DNA of 60,694 nt, the filler included, from Circinaria calcarea (lineage: Eukaryota), in NCBI GenBank assembly GCA_051942165.1. It is 5 parts of 5 records of this genome, joined end to end, with 100 filler letters (N's around TTAATTAATTAA, not from the genome) between each part and the next. Parts side by side here need not be neighbours in the genome. Positions count along the whole stretch, not along the records: positions 1 to 12,075 come from JAVECS010000611.1; positions 12,176 to 24,248 come from JAVECS010000612.1; 3 more parts are not named here. One strand, 5' to 3'. The position numbers and the translations under genes are program-made. Shown here one piece after another: positions 1 through 16,153 of the stretch (position 1 is its first letter; each line of letters begins with the position of its first letter). Below the pieces are notes generated by a model. The model made no database searches and had not been told where the DNA came from. It saw only the letters and a list, made by a program, of their open reading frames with translations.

Positions 1-162
1 GGCGACCCCGCCCCCAAAACCTCCCCATCGACCGCCACAACAACCAGCAGCTCGCAAGCCAACGCCTCCGGGATGGGCATCGGCCTCTACGCGCTCATAC
101 TCCTCGGCGCCGTAGCCGCATTCGGAGCCTTCAAGTACTTGCAGGCGAAGTCGGAGAAGTGA
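1..162 (+). CDS. CYB5: Cytochrome b5, C-terminal fragment (5' truncated)
   Basis: Frame 1 reads GDPAPKTSPSTATTTSSSQANASGMGIGLYALILLGAVAAFGAFKYLQAKSEK*: an S/T linker, a single TM tail anchor and a short basic tail, as in fungal cytochrome b5. The heme domain is not in the window. Confidence 0.7.
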   Translation, partial: GDPAPKTSPSTATTTSSSQANASGMGIGLYALILLGAVAAFGAFKYLQAKSEK

Positions 163-727
163 AAGGGGTAGTTGATTGCATGGCTTTGAGGGACGACGAC
201 GGGTTGTAGGTAGGCTGGTGGAGGCCGGAAGGGTGAGGGTTGGGATCAAGGGGCAGAATTAGAATGGGGGCTGCTGCGGGCCAGAGAGAAAGCATTTCCG
301 CATCAATGGGCGAGCTTTGGTAGATTATACTAGACTGCTTCTTTTGGGAGCATTTTGCACACATTTCGCGGTCGACTTGGTTTATATTTTAAATACTCGT
401 CGCTGTCGAAAATCACGTCTTTGGAGGTTTTTGGAAAGTTCAATCCCCTCGCAAAACAGGATTCCTAGAACTATTTTCCCCGTGCGCCTTGAAGAAAACT
501 GTCTTCACCGTACCAGAATGGATACATCAAAAGTATGCAGCTGAGAGACCCTCTGATATGAACTTGGATCGTTATCATACACTCCGTTTTTGGTCATAAT
601 GCAATCCTTCAATTCCCAATGCAAGAACAGCAGGTGGTATCGCCCAAACGGTCGCATAACGGTAAAGCTCTCTATCCACCAAACCCCCCACTCCCCCGGT
701 CGTTACTTGCAGCCGGAGAACTGCCGC

Positions 728-2737
728 TCATCGATAAAAGTCATTCGGATTACTCCCTGCCCCGCCTACATAACCCTGTGGGGGGGCCTGCGGCGGTGGC
801 TGATATGCTTGATAAGGCCCTGCTGGCGGGCCTGAATTCAACACCGGATACGGGCTTTGCAACTTGGGGCTAGGTGCCTGAGGCGGCGGATGAGCTGGCT
901 GTTGGGGCGGCGGCGCCTGTCCAAACGGTTGTTGGTTGCCATGGTACTGCTGTTGACTAGGAGCATCATCAGAGGAATAAACCGAAGGGGAATAGTCGGC
1001 ACCCTGCGCTTGTATGTGAGGTTGGAACTGTGGAGGATAGGACTGGGGTCGTGGCTCAATCGGACTAGCATAAGACGATGTGCCTAACTCTTGAGGGTGA
1101 TCGTATGTGGATTGCGGACGGTGATGGTAAGGTTCAGTTTGAGGAGGAGGCCGGCTTCCCGAAGGAGTGCGATTTCTCGGATCCTGATGGGGGTATTGGG
1201 ATTGCTGTGGCCTTTGTTGCTGTAAATTTGCTTGGCCCGCTACATAAAAAGGGGCGGGGCCATTCTGAGGAGGATTGTGAGGTTGCGGTGTGCGTGAATC
1301 TGCAGCCGTTAGTACTCCCATACACTAGGCCTTGAAGGACACTTACCTTGGGGATTTGCTGTATAGTAGTGACTAGAATCTTGTTGGGGGTTTGGACCTT
1401 GTGGGGGGTAACCTCCCCCACTATAATTATACGGCAGTTGCGTTGGGCGACCGAATGGCGTCTGCGAAGGTTGAGACATGGAGGTTTCAAGGAGAGATTC
1501 GTAGTCTCGTCGAGCTTTGATAAACTTCTCGTTGAGCTGTGTAAAGTCCTCTTCCCACAGTATATTAGCGAGAGAAGTATGTGACAGAGTTGCACATTTA
1601 CCTTTTCTTTGGGTATATTTTCCAATCAGTTCGATCAGTTTGGGCCGTATTGCCAGCGTCGAATGGTACAGAGTTGTAATCTCCTCGTTGTCTCTTACAT
1701 TAAGTTCTGAGCTGCTTGTACTCAGCAGCGTTAAGAGCTTCTCAACGTTTTTTATCTCTGCGAATACTTCGGCTTCCATTTGAGCCTCTCTCTGTAATTC
1801 CTCTTGGGTAGGATCGGAAAGTTTTTCAACATAATTTAGCGGGAAGATCCCCATTTGCCCTCTTAATGACCCCTTCCACCAGTCCTTGTACACAGACTCC
1901 AATACAGCAATGATATCGCCCTTCTTAAACTGCAGCTCTCCAGGCTCGGAGGGTTGGAAGTCGTACAGCGCGCGTACACGCGATACAGTGGCTGCCGTTG
2001 TCCCCGATGAAACAGGCTGCGGAGCTGCAGTTTGTGACACGGCGACTGAAGGTGTTCCACGGTCAGCTTTCGAGGTAGCTGTTTGTACAGGCGGATTTTT
2101 GTCTTTCACGGATAGCGCTAATGCCATTTGCAGTTCTTCCTCTTCCTTCTGTCTGTCAGCATCGGTGATCTGGCGCTTCGTTGGTTTCGATGGGGGATGT
2201 AGATTCGGGTTTTGACTCTTGAGTTTCATGTATGCTTGCTCCATGATGCCCAAGTCGGGATCTCTAGAAAACATCTCACTCCATTCAGCCATACGCTCAA
2301 GTATCTTTGCCTTAACTTGGGCGTGTGTGTTTCGGTCATTTGCTAGCCGTAGCATAGCATCTGTGAAACTCCTGGAAGCAAGCTCCCTGTGTATCTTAGG
2401 ACCGCAATTCTGTGAGAGCGCATTCGCCAGTTCAAGTGTGTAAAGCTGGACGTTCGCATTGCGATGGGCAAGTCGTTTAATCATCGAGGCAACGACATCT
2501 TTGCCTCCGGTATCTTCGGCGCTCACCCTATCACAAACGTCCTGAAGGATATCAGCTTAGCTGTAGACCACTGCAGCCCACTGAGTTGTCATACCAGTAT
2601 ATATTCCCAATTTTCGGATGTGAGGTTCTCATCCGTCGCCTTTGCTGCACAAGGGTAAGCTTGTATGCGCCCGAGGGAGTGGATGGGTCGGGCTCACCGA
2701 CAACTTCGTCAAAAACATTCTGCTGAGCGCGGAACAT
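728..2737 (-). CDS. HSE1: Class E vacuolar sorting protein Hse1/STAM (ESCRT-0; VHS-UIM-SH3-GAT), spliced
   Basis: Spliced start MFRAQQNVFDEVV|AKATDENLTSENWEYIL|DVCDRV (VHS), UIM KEEEELQMALALS, SH3 VRALYDFQPSEPGELQFKKGD...WWKG...GIFPLNYV, and a P/Q-rich tail ending NPNDFYR*. About 4 introns. Confidence 0.95.
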
Positions 2738-3459
2738 AGTGTACCCAAGAGGTCTTCTCGTGCACAGTTAATGGTTACTGTAAAGGAATCCGAAGTGTAG
2801 TCACAGCTTGAAGCTCGGTAGGCAGATGAAGTGTGTGCGTGACGTTTTGGAACCGCGCCTCGTGTTATTACGCATCATTCGTCACTAATGCTGGGGGTCT
2901 CAAAGGCGATTGAAATCGAGGACACATGTAGATTTACTACGTATTCGGGGTACGTGTCTCTCATCCAGTCTGCTAGCAAAATCACAACAATGATGATTTA
3001 CATGGAATTTTGCATTTGGCTATTTTGAGTCCGTCTAAATACCCAGGACACAAAGGCCGTATATGTGCGTAAACATCTTCAATGCTGCGCTGACAAGGCC
3101 ACGTGAAGAAATTGGTTCTGGACACCTAGAACAGTACCTTTAACCCCCCATATCAGGGGGAAGAAGGGGCCTAGCATGTAACCATCTCCATCCACAAAAG
3201 CGCTGGTGTTCGTAAGTTATCGTGTTCCCATATGTCGAACTAAGATTGATCATGTAGTGCGAGCAGCTTTCCCGAGCGCTCGCAGGGATTCGGTAACCCA
3301 GCTGCGACATTGTAGTCCATATCCATAGAAATCCCACAAGCTGTCCAGTCCCTACCGAGGCATTGTATATGCACTAACCGATGTTGCTGGATATTGGTTT
3401 GCAGCCATCGATGGCTGAATGGAGCTTCCGCATAAAAGCAAGAGAATAGTTAGCAGACC

Positions 3460-6261
<2,802 letters not shown>

Positions 6262-7779
6262 TCTGATTGCGATGTCTGGGACGTTGCGCTAAGAGATTGG
6301 ATGGGGCTTAAATCCAAATGGCGAGTTTGCTTGACCGCAGCGGGACGGGCTCCCCGCAAGTCAGGCCGACAAGGCTGTCAGGACGTGATCGGGTGACTGA
6401 ATCTGATAATTCTTCTGTCGTCTGGAGCAGGAGTTGGGGCGTTTGGACAAATTATAATGGCTGTTCGATACCGCAAACCCAGGACAGAGCACGAAAGGTG
6501 GGTAATTGTCACCGCGAGGCAGATGAATTGCCGCAGATCTGGTGGCTGGTAAGTATACTACCAGTAGCGTACAAAGAACGTGGCGATCATCGAAACCGGC
6601 GGACAGGGAATCTTCCCACGGCTGTCAAGCGGCTTCTGGAGAGTAGGAGAGCACCACCACAGCAACTGGGTGTTTTCTACGATGTTCCAGTGGAGGAGGA
6701 GCTGTCATATAAAAAGGGGGGTGGTCGCCTCTAGAGGGAGATTTAGAAGGGCCCAACGTCCAGGCCGTCCTTGCAAATTCATTTGAGCTCATCTTACCTT
6801 ATGCAGGACTGCAACCTATGGCCTCCGGACATGCAAGCAGTACTGTAGCACATACATATGAGACCGGCCCATGGAAACTCGTGCTGCTAGCTACATGGGA
6901 AATTCCTGACGATCAATTTTCTCGAGCAAGCCTTTTCCTTCGACGAGGGGTCGCATCGATGCAACCTTTTCACGTCCGTTCAAATGGGCCGTTCTTAGAA
7001 TCCTGCCATGTTAACAGCGGCCGCCCGCTTGTGACGGATGGGGTTACAAGCACCATTGAACTGTGATTTGACATGTTCCCTCGTCAACAGCAAGACCAAT
7101 CCACTCACTCCTCCGTCACGCGCGGTGCAGAGCAAAGATGCAGAGCAACGATGCAAAAGTAGATTGGATCAGGCTGGGAAACCCACTTCAGCTCTGTTAA
7201 CGTGACCATGGAGTACGGCTCGGCATAGTTGCTGCTTTGATCCTTGGGACTTTTGATCCCATTAAAAGTTTAGGCGAGTTTTCTGGCACTTTTGACTTCG
7301 AAGCTTTCGGGAGTACGTTTTTCCTGCGTGCTTAGGCTTCACCACATTTTGGATCCGACTACCTACCTATTCTTGTCGACCTACTTCCTGTATGACCTCA
7401 GTATCCAGGCCTTCGTTCAACTCACCTGCTACAGCTATACTCGTTGTTCTTCTCTTCAATTCTATGAAAGTCTTCGTGATGGCATGTGTAAGTTACAGCC
7501 TCCTTCTAGCCTTAGACAATTCTCATTTAGTATTTGGCTAACGAATCTATCTACACCAGCTCCGGTGCCATTGCAGTTGAACAAGCCATAAAAGCCTTCC
7601 AAGTAGATGACAGCTTTCCCTGACGTTTCTACAACCTCCTCGGTTCTGGAAGCCCAGTGCTGCAATTAGCAGCAGCAGCTCGAAGCCTGCATTGTTCGAG
7701 TCCAACTGTCGTCAAGCACTACAGACGGATTGTCATCGTTAGCCTTAGACTTTGTGTGAAGTCATTGACTGCGTTCATT

Positions 7780-10700
7780 ATGGAAGAGGTTACTATGTCA
7801 GGATCGGATAATTCAGCCATGGCGGAGCAAATGCAACAGAAGCGCGATGACGCTGAACTCCATGGACCGACTATTGAAGATGTTGTCGATGAAGAGGATA
7901 TCATACATCCTCCTCCGTCATCTACGGTAAACCCGAAGTCTCCGAATACCTCTGGTGTGCCAGTACTTTTGCCGGCTGATGAACCCCTGTCCGAGAAGGC
8001 AATGGGCAAGCAAAAGGTCCAAGAACAGCCCTCAGCACCGACCTCACAATCGGAAAAGGTGGTCAATATCGATACAAAATCGGAAGAGTTATTTCCGGCC
8101 CTAGGAAGTGGACCCAAGCCTCGCGCTCCAACGCAGGTATCTACAGCGTGGGGTTCAAAAAAACCAGCATCCGTCGCTAATGGTGTCCCAAACGGTGTCA
8201 ACGGACATGGCCCATTGTCAAGCGGAGCTATGTCTCGCTCGGCGACCCTTGATTCCGGTATTTGGACTCCGACTTCCACCAACAAGTCAATAGCGATGCA
8301 AGATCGACCCACTATTCCTTACATGACAATGCCTGGAAGACATAGCGAGCGAGTTCAGTTTGCCCCATCTCAACTGCTACCTAGGAAGGAAATGAAAAAG
8401 CCGCTCCAAGACGTTCTCCGTGATATCAACAAGAAATCCAAAGCAACGGTGGAAATGAAACCTGGGCCTGGTGGTGTTATTTACTTTGAAGGCAAAGGCC
8501 CTGTAGACGCTGTGAGACAAGCGTTGAAGGATGTTGCTAAGGAAGTCGGCTCCAAGGTCAGTGGAGCAAATCTTCTATATAAATGTTCGAAGCTTACTAG
8601 TGTCTAGCAATCGGTAAAAGTACCTATACCTGCGAGTGTAAGACCGCATATCATTGGTCGTCAAGGCACGACTGTACAAGGTATCATAAAGCGGACTGGG
8701 GCTCGAATTCAAGTGCCCAAGGCCGAGGAAAACGTGCTCCCGGGAGACGATGATGATAGTTCCACAATTGACGTTGTCATTGAGGGGGATGCGATTGCTG
8801 CTGAAATGGCTAGACGTGAGATTGAAGCCATCGTCAATGACCGAACATCAACCGTCAATGTGAGATTGCGAGACATTCCGGCTGAATACTATCCCTTTAT
8901 TGCTGGTCCACACAATACTGGAATAACCGCGCTTGAAGACGGCCGTGATATTAAAGTCAAAATTCCATCCTACTATACTTGGTCGAATCAGCCTCCTCCG
9001 CAAGTTTCATCGTCTAGTGTGCCGCCGGAGTTCCAGCCTCATCCAAGCAGTCATATTCAGCTCTCCGGTGATAGACAGGCGGTGCAGGACGCTAGAGCAG
9101 AGATTGAGCGTCAAGTTCAGGCGCTACGTCAACAAATCACGCTTTCTCAGCTTGCCATCAATCGAGGTCAGCATCAATTTATTGTCGGTGATGATGGCAC
9201 ATCTTTGCATGATTTCCTCCAAGAAACTGGTTGCGCAGTAATCCTACCGCCGGATTCTGACGATACTGAGATGCTCACCGTTACTGGCCCACAAGACCGG
9301 ATTGAGTTTGGTATGGATAAAGTCATGAACCTTGCCACGAGCATGCAAATGTCTAGTCTTGATATTGCACGCCAGCATAGCAATGCGCCAATGGGGGCTC
9401 AAGCCCATGCAAAGGCCCTTGCTAGGTATCTACAAAATCGTCAAGCCATTGCACAGCTCGAAGCCCTCTATGACTCTCGTATCGTTATACCCAGTGCCGA
9501 TGAGGGGAACACAACCTGGGAAGTCTATTCACGTGATGGAAAGAACACGATTCGAGCACGGTCTGACATAATAAATGTCATTAATGCTCATCCACCTGCG
9601 CGCCTCCGGCACATGGACATAGACCCATTCTTCCATCAACATCTTCGAGATCATTTCAGCCAGAATGTTCGGAACGACTACGGTGTACATCTGCTTGTGC
9701 CGGATGAAACAGACCAGGACTCTCCGGTCATCTTGGTTTGTGAAGGACCAGGAGTGGATGCGTCAAGGTTTGAGGTGCCACGACAACGGCCTTCTGCGTC
9801 AGACCTCTCGCAGTATGAGCGAGCTTTACAGCAAGCCCAGAACCATATTCAAGAACTTGTCACTGGACAAAAGGCGATTGATGTTCAAGGTATTGAAGTA
9901 CCTCCTAAGTGAATAAACCTACTCCATTTCAATCTCTTTCAAGGCTAAACTTACCTTCCCAGGTTCCATGATAAGGTGCGAAAGTTTGTGCGTCAGGATC
10001 AGCAGAATCTTCCATCTGGGACATTACCCGTTCAGATTTTGAGCGATCCGTCACAAGTCCGTACGGAAAAGCGACAACAGATTTCTGATTCGAAAGCTGG
10101 CTCCGAGCAAGGGCTGTTTGCTCGTGGGCCGAGTGATCAGCTTGACAGTCTCGCCGAGCGCATCAAAGCTTTCATCGAAGCCGAGAAGCAGGATGAATTG
10201 GAACGAGGTTTTACCATGAGTTTTGACTTCCCACAGAAATACGCAAACTATTTGATCGGTAAGAGGGGTGAGAATATCAACAACTTGCGTGAAAAGTATG
10301 ATGTGGATATTCAGGTCAATGATGGGAAAGTAGAGTTAAAAGGTCCAAAAGCAAAGGCTGAAGCTGCTAAATCTGAAATCGCTGCCTTGGCTAGAAAGCT
10401 CGAGGACGAGGCAACTTATGTTCTGAAGATTAAACCCCAATATCATCGCGAAATGATAGGAGCAAAAGGTAGCCAGGTTAATAGACTGCAGGATCGCTAC
10501 AAAGTCCGCGTCCAGTTCCCAAGATCGGCTCAGAATCTCCATGACGACGAGTCCGTAGCCGATGCGGCCAGTGAAGTCGGAGGGCCAAAAACAGGAAGAT
10601 CAAATCAGGCGCCCGACGAGGTGATAATCCGGGGACCAAAGAAAGGCGCCGACGAAGCACGGGAAGAACTCCTGAGTCTGCTACAGTGGACCATGGATAA

Positions 10701-12035
10701 CTCTCACAGCTCAGTTGTTTCTGTGGCCCAGACCCAGTTGCCGTCATTGATCGGTCAAGGTGGTAGGGAAATGGAAAGCATCAGAGAGATGACGGGGGCC
10801 AAGATTGATGTTCCTGGAAGTCGGGATACGCCTGATGCCTCTGGCCGTGTGGAGATCAAGATCAAGGGTACTAAAATTCAAGTTGATAACGCGAAGAAGC
10901 TATTCGAGGAAAGGGCTAAAATCTTTGATGAGAGCACAACACGAATAATGGATATAGACAAGAAATATCACAAGGCCCTCATTGGTGCTGGAGGTAAGTT
11001 ATGCTTGCGCACTATATTACCTCTAGCTAACCATTATCAGGTACCAACATCCGCAACATCGTGATACAAGCTGGCGTTTCCGACGATCGGCGGGAACTTT
11101 CTCGGACGGTTAGATTTCCACGTCCAGAATCGGACGAGACCGCCGTTCGGATCGAGGGCAATAAAGCAGTCGTGGACAAGATTATCAACTCCATCGAAAC
11201 CTTCATTGGTGAGCGAGAGAACCAAGTCACGGAGACGCTTGAGATAGCACCAGAGAAACACAGACTTCTTATTGGACACGGTGGAGAGACTCGAAGAGCG
11301 CTTGAAGCCCGGTTCAACGTCAATGTTGATGTCCCCAAGCAATCTCAGCAAGGGCCCTCACGTTCGCACGTAAAGCTTATTGGTCAACCGGATAACGTAC
11401 AGAAGGCAAAGGAACACATTCTCGAACTCACCAAGGTACAAGAGGGTGAAACTTTACAGATACCTTGCCATCTCCATCATGTTATATCTGACAATGGACA
11501 ATTCTTTCGACGTTTGAAGAACGACCAGAAGGTCACCGTTGACCACGGTGGTCAGCAGCCACCGCAAAAGCCTTCTGTTAAAGCACGGTCGCGGGTAAAC
11601 GGTGGTGCCAGTCTGCCCTTGATTACGGATGATCAGGATGATGCCAATAACCATACGTGGGAAGTTGTTGATAGCAATGCGGACAGCGGCGATACAGGTG
11701 AGATCCCATGGGTCTTGCGAGGATCCCCTGAGAATGTTGCCCGAGCTCGTACGCTGCTGCAAAAGGCTCTCGACCAGGCACAGCAGCAGTCGTCGACCGG
11801 GTACCTTATCTTGCCCGACCCCAGGACGTATCGCTTCGTCATAGGTCAAGGCGGATCTCAGATCAACGCGATCAGGAAACAGACTGGGTGTAAGATTACG
11901 GTGCCACGGGACCAAGCCAAGGGAGAGGCTATCGAGATTCAAGGTAGCAGAGACGGGGTCGAGCAGGCAAAGGACATCATACTGGATGTTGTAAAAAGCG
12001 GAAGTTCCGGAGGAAATGGAAACAGGAGGGATTAG
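7780..12035 (+). CDS. SCP160: Multi-KH-domain RNA-binding protein (Scp160/vigilin), spliced
   Basis: Many KH GxxG loops (IIGRQG, LIGKRG, MIGAKG, LIGQGG, LIGAGG, LIGHGG, VIGQGG) and an N-terminal EELFPALG motif. Introns at about 8557-8607, 9909-9962 and 10994-11040. Confidence 0.92.
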
Positions 12036-12075
12036 AGACACACCGGCCACTGTCAACACTCTGCAGACCGACAGG

Positions 12076-12175
12076 NNNNNNNNNNNNNNNNNNNNNNNNN
12101 NNNNNNNNNNNNNNNNNNNTTAATTAATTAANNNNNNNNNNNNNNNNNNNNNNNNNNNNNNNNNNNNNNNNNNNN
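12076..12175. other. Artificial contig-joining spacer
   Basis: 44 N + TTAATTAATTAA (stops in all six frames) + 44 N. Confidence 0.98.
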
Positions 12176-12572
12176 GGCCATTACAAACTGCATTACTACG
12201 AGACGCCAACGAACCTCAAGTTTGTCATGGTGACGGACACGAAGACGAATAATCTGCGGATTGTGCTGCATCAGATTTACGTGGGGTTGTATGTGGAGTA
12301 TGGTATGTTCCTTCCCCCTCACTTTTCGGTTTGTGTGTTGGGTGTCGGGTTCTGGGAAGGGGCTGGATAGCAAAAAGGGGAAACCATGTGCTGACATGGT
12401 GTGTGTGACAAGTGGTCAAGAACCCGCTATCGCCGGTGGAACACCCAGGAGGGGTCGGGGTCAATTGTGAAATGTTCGAGCTGGGACTGGAGCAGTTCAT
12501 TGTGAGAACTAGCTATCGGGCGCCCCGGGAACAAGTGCTAATGTACAATCCTTTTAGAATGGAGTTTTATGA
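12176..12572 (+). CDS. BET5: TRAPP complex subunit Bet5/TRAPPC1, 3' part (5' truncated)
   Basis: GHYKLHYYETPTNLKFVMVTD...IYVGLYVEY|VVKNPLSPVEHPGGVGVNCEMFELGLEQFI|NGVL*, with two introns. Confidence 0.88.
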
Positions 12573-12836
12573 CGGGAAATCTGAAATCTTCTGGCGGTCT
12601 CGCGTCCAACCGCTGGGCTTTTCGAGAGCAGCCATGCACCTCATACATCATCACATCCCCACAATGGACTCGTGCCTGACTCGAGTAGCCTTACTAACCT
12701 CCCATCTTTTGAAGCCGTTGCGCGTGGGTCATATGAACCAGGGCTTTTATTTCACCGAGGAACGGTCATTGGTCATGAACATGTTGTGAATTCAAAGTTG
12801 AGGTGGACACTAGCTTTTATGTTCCGGCCGATACTC

Positions 12837-13900
12837 TCAATAAAACGACTCCACCATGGTGTCCTTGTTTGTTGTGTTGATCGTGCTCGGTCCCATCCCT
12901 TCACCTAATCGAAACACGCTCTCCACAACACTCAATTCCGTCGCTGTCGTATCTAAGCCTGTCACCGCTAGCCAATCGTTCACCACCATTCCCGCTCCCA
13001 CGACCGGTGACCCTCGATTGACACTACCTGCCACAAGCGGTACTTGGAGTAAACTCGATAATTCGTCCTGATCTTGAATAGAGGTTTTCGGATGCACGAT
13101 GCCACCTTGATTGGAAAGCGCCATGTATGAGCCAGTGAGGACGTTATCAGCGATTGTTTGGCGAAAAACTTCAACTCCGAGGACGTCGGCGACTCTGATG
13201 GTTGCGGGACCGAATGTCAACTCTTCGAACGTCGTGAAGATCAAGAAATCATCCCGGGCACTTACATCTCCTCCGTCTCCCGTTCGATATCAGGATGGAC
13301 CAAGGCAACATGATCGTTACAACATATCACATTACCCAATGCCGATAAACGCTCTTCAATCCTCTGGATCTTGACGCCATCTGGTATTGAATTCCGGAGA
13401 TGTTGGAGTTCTTGGTCGGTACACGAGGTAGGGACGAGAAGACCTTTGCGATTGCTATAGAAGGATTTGAGAGGGGATTCTCAAGCAAAAGCCATCATGC
13501 TTTAGAGGGAGCTTTAGGAAGCCTACCCTGCAGTCAACCGGCCCACTATCCTCGTTCCTGCGATTGTGGCATGACAGATTGGAATCACATCTTGTAACTC
13601 GGCTTCGAATACACTAGTAGAGTGCAGCTCATCTCAGCATATTGATCCACTCATTTCACCGCGAAATCTCTCTTGGCCATTCCTTCATGCTGTATGAACC
13701 GTACCTGTAGAAATTCTCTGAAGCGCCAATGGCGACAATGGCGTAGGAGTTGGTCAAGGTCGCAAAGACTCCCACTCTGTAAATCGATAGAAGCAGTATC
13801 AGCATCCGGTAACTCCGTATCGTACAAGTACAATACTTGGAGGGGTTGGCGGGGCAAATGCGCACTCGTTTGAATTCTCGAACTGCGCGCGGACAGCCAT
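12837..13900 (-). CDS. TIF6: Translation initiation factor 6 (eIF6), spliced
   Basis: [24 protein letters not shown]...[23 protein letters not shown]...VAGSVNRGS...DTMVESFY*, with 4 introns. Confidence 0.97.
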
Positions 13901-14476
13901 GGTTTGCGAGTTTGAAGTGTAAATGTAGGTGATCAAATGAGAGCTGTGTTTCTGTAGGTTGGAGGCGACCAAGGGTGTGAGCCGGCGTCCTTTGAAGAAA
14001 GCAGTGATGTCTTGTGAATTTGTGAAGATTGGTTTGGCACCTGAAATGCAAGGTGAAGGGCAACCTTATATGCTTATGTGTAGATAGACCGGCGTTTAGT
14101 TTTGCCGGTAGGGGCCCATCTTAACGAAAGAGTCACACCTCGAGTCACCTTCACCGGGACTCATCATTGAGTCATTCCAGTGATAAGAGTGTTGGGATGA
14201 GCTTCCATGAATAGAACACCTTCGAGGGAAGAAAGCTGAATGCTGCCCAGATGTCCGCATTGGTTGATGAGAGAACTGCACAAAGGAAGAAGAAGAAAGA
14301 CGACCAGAGCTGAACCTGCGACCTGACGAATTAATGATGTGGATTCTTCGAGCTGTAGGCAGCTGAACTTGAACCCCTAGCGAACGCAAACCAAAGCCAA
14401 ACCGAAAGTGCTGAAAGGTAAAAGATGCTGAGACGCCATGAGAACCCGACCCTTCGTTGCCGCCGCGGCCTTGTCG

Positions 14477-15665
14477 TTACAATGGCTGAGGTTTACCAAG
14501 CTTTGCAATGTGTTCGTCCGGTCGACCCTCTTTCTTAAAGTACTCCTTAACACCGTGCTTGCCGACAAGTCGGCGGTCCAGGCCTTGGGTATCTGCGGCT
14601 TCAATGAGGCCAAGGAAGAAGTCTCCACCTTTAAGTGGTGCAAGGAAGTTTTTCTCGGCATCGGTGCATTCGTTGGCCATCAGTGCCGCCATTTTGTCAC
14701 AGCTTTCGGGTCGTTTGTAGGGCTTCGCCGAAGCCGAGGCGATTCCCTTTGCAGTCACTTTCTGTACTGCTGCTAGTAGCTTTGATGGGCTAGGAGGATT
14801 CCTGCCTGCCTCCTCCATCACCGCGTAAAAGGCGCCGTTCGGCATGGTATGGCGGATGCTCTCGTCGTATCTGACCGACGAATCTGCAATGGTCACATAT
14901 GACAGAGGGCCGCCCTTGGTATCGGCTGAGGTCCATGGCATCCGTTTGAAAGCGTTGTCCTTCTCTGAGTAGTACTCGTTCCTATCGTCTGCTGTGGCAA
15001 CCTGTGAGTTTCATTAGAGGAAAATACTATATGGGTTTCCTTTTGGTTCGCATGCCTTGTCTTCACCTCCTTTATTGGCAACAATCTGCATCATTTCGAG
15101 CCTGATATGAGCGGGGATCTTCTCTTTCAATTCCACGGCTCTCCTCTGTCTCCTGTTAGCTACCGTGGACTCATGATGCCGATCTATCATGAGTAGGACT
15201 CACCTCGTACTGTTGCTTGATCAGACTCTCAGCCGCCAGCCTATCCCGGTTCAGGGCAGCCATCTCTTGTCTGAGCCTACCAGCCTCAATCTCCTTCCTC
15301 TCCGAGAGGTATCCATCTAGCGCCCTCATGGTACTCAGATAGTTCTCGTTGTCTTTGCGCAATTCTGCGCCTGCTGCAAGCTCGTTCACTGTCCTTTCGG
15401 CAACCTCTGCAAGGACAGGCTTCAATGCCGCGGCCACTTTGCCAAATGCTTCCTTTAGTTCTCCCATACGCACAAGCTTTGCATCTGCCATCGTGATGGG
15501 CTCCGCGTTTGGTTTGCCGCGCACTGGGCTTCCAGACCGCTTCGTTGCTCCTCTCTTCTCCTTGGCGTACGACGTCTTGGTCTTCTTCAAGAGTCGTTCC
15601 GACTGCCGCGGACCAGCCGCGCATTCTCCACCGTCGTCCTCGTTCTTCCGCTTCATAGCAGGCAT
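14477..15665 (-). CDS. Hypothetical protein with basic N-terminus and coiled-coil region, 3 exons
   Basis: Exons 15665-15204, 15145-15056 and 15001-14477 join in frame via a GT-AG intron (15203-15146, CTAAC branch) and a GC-AG intron (15055-15002, CTAAT branch). Confidence 0.65.
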
Positions 15666-15970
15666 TGCTACCCATGTGTCAGTCCAGGAGAGCTATTACT
15701 CGGTTGCATGTTCTGAAGAAAACATGGAAATCGCGGACACGAATGCTTCTCATGACACTGAAGTACATTCGTGCTTGAACAGGTAACGATCCAACTGGGA
15801 AACTTACTCTTGATTTGGTTTGGTCGACGATCGACAGTTAACTGTAGGGTGAAATGCTTGGTGCTAGAGGGGAAGGGCTAGGTAGGTGCAAGTGGTGCTG
15901 ATGGTGGGGTTGAGTGTGCAAGGAACTTGAAGTGGTCGAAGTGGATGTGTGGTAGTAAGAAAGAGTTTGA

Positions 15971-16153
15971 GGAAGATTTTCAAGAAGAGTCGAAAACTCC
16001 GGTGGCTGGGAACATAGGTAAATCCGAGGGTCTTCCTATTGACAATAGGGGAAGTACAATAATGTACGGAAGAGTTTCAAGAAGAGTCGAAAACTCTGGT
16101 GGTTGGGAAATAGGTATCTTCCTATTGACAATGGAGGAGGTACAATAATGTAC
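15971..16153 (+). repeat. Imperfect tandem duplication (97 bp + 86 bp)
   Basis: GGAAGA.TTTCAAGAAGAGTCGAAAACTC.GGTGG.TGGGAA...TCTTCCTATTGACAAT...GTACAATAATGTAC occurs at 15971-16067 and 16068-16153. Confidence 0.9.

Noticed and set aside
7126..7159. GATGCAGAGCAA-like short tandem repeat as a CRISPR or regulatory array
   Set aside because: Only 2-3 degenerate 13-mers with no spacers.
7719..12059. Long antisense ORFs (7719-8312, 11454-12059) overlapping SCP160
   Set aside because: Shadow ORFs of real coding sequence with no independent features.
12120..12131. TTAATTAATTAA recurring every ~12.2 kb as a biological periodic repeat
   Set aside because: It is always embedded in N runs of fixed length, so it is an assembly linker.
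13190..13710. Box C/D snoRNAs in TIF6 introns
   Set aside because: Only degenerate box C matches, short introns and no terminal stems.
16039..16150. Bacterial-like TTGACA/TACAAT and AGGAGG-ATG motifs
   Set aside because: The spacing is 10 nt rather than ~17, no ORF follows, and the context is fungal.
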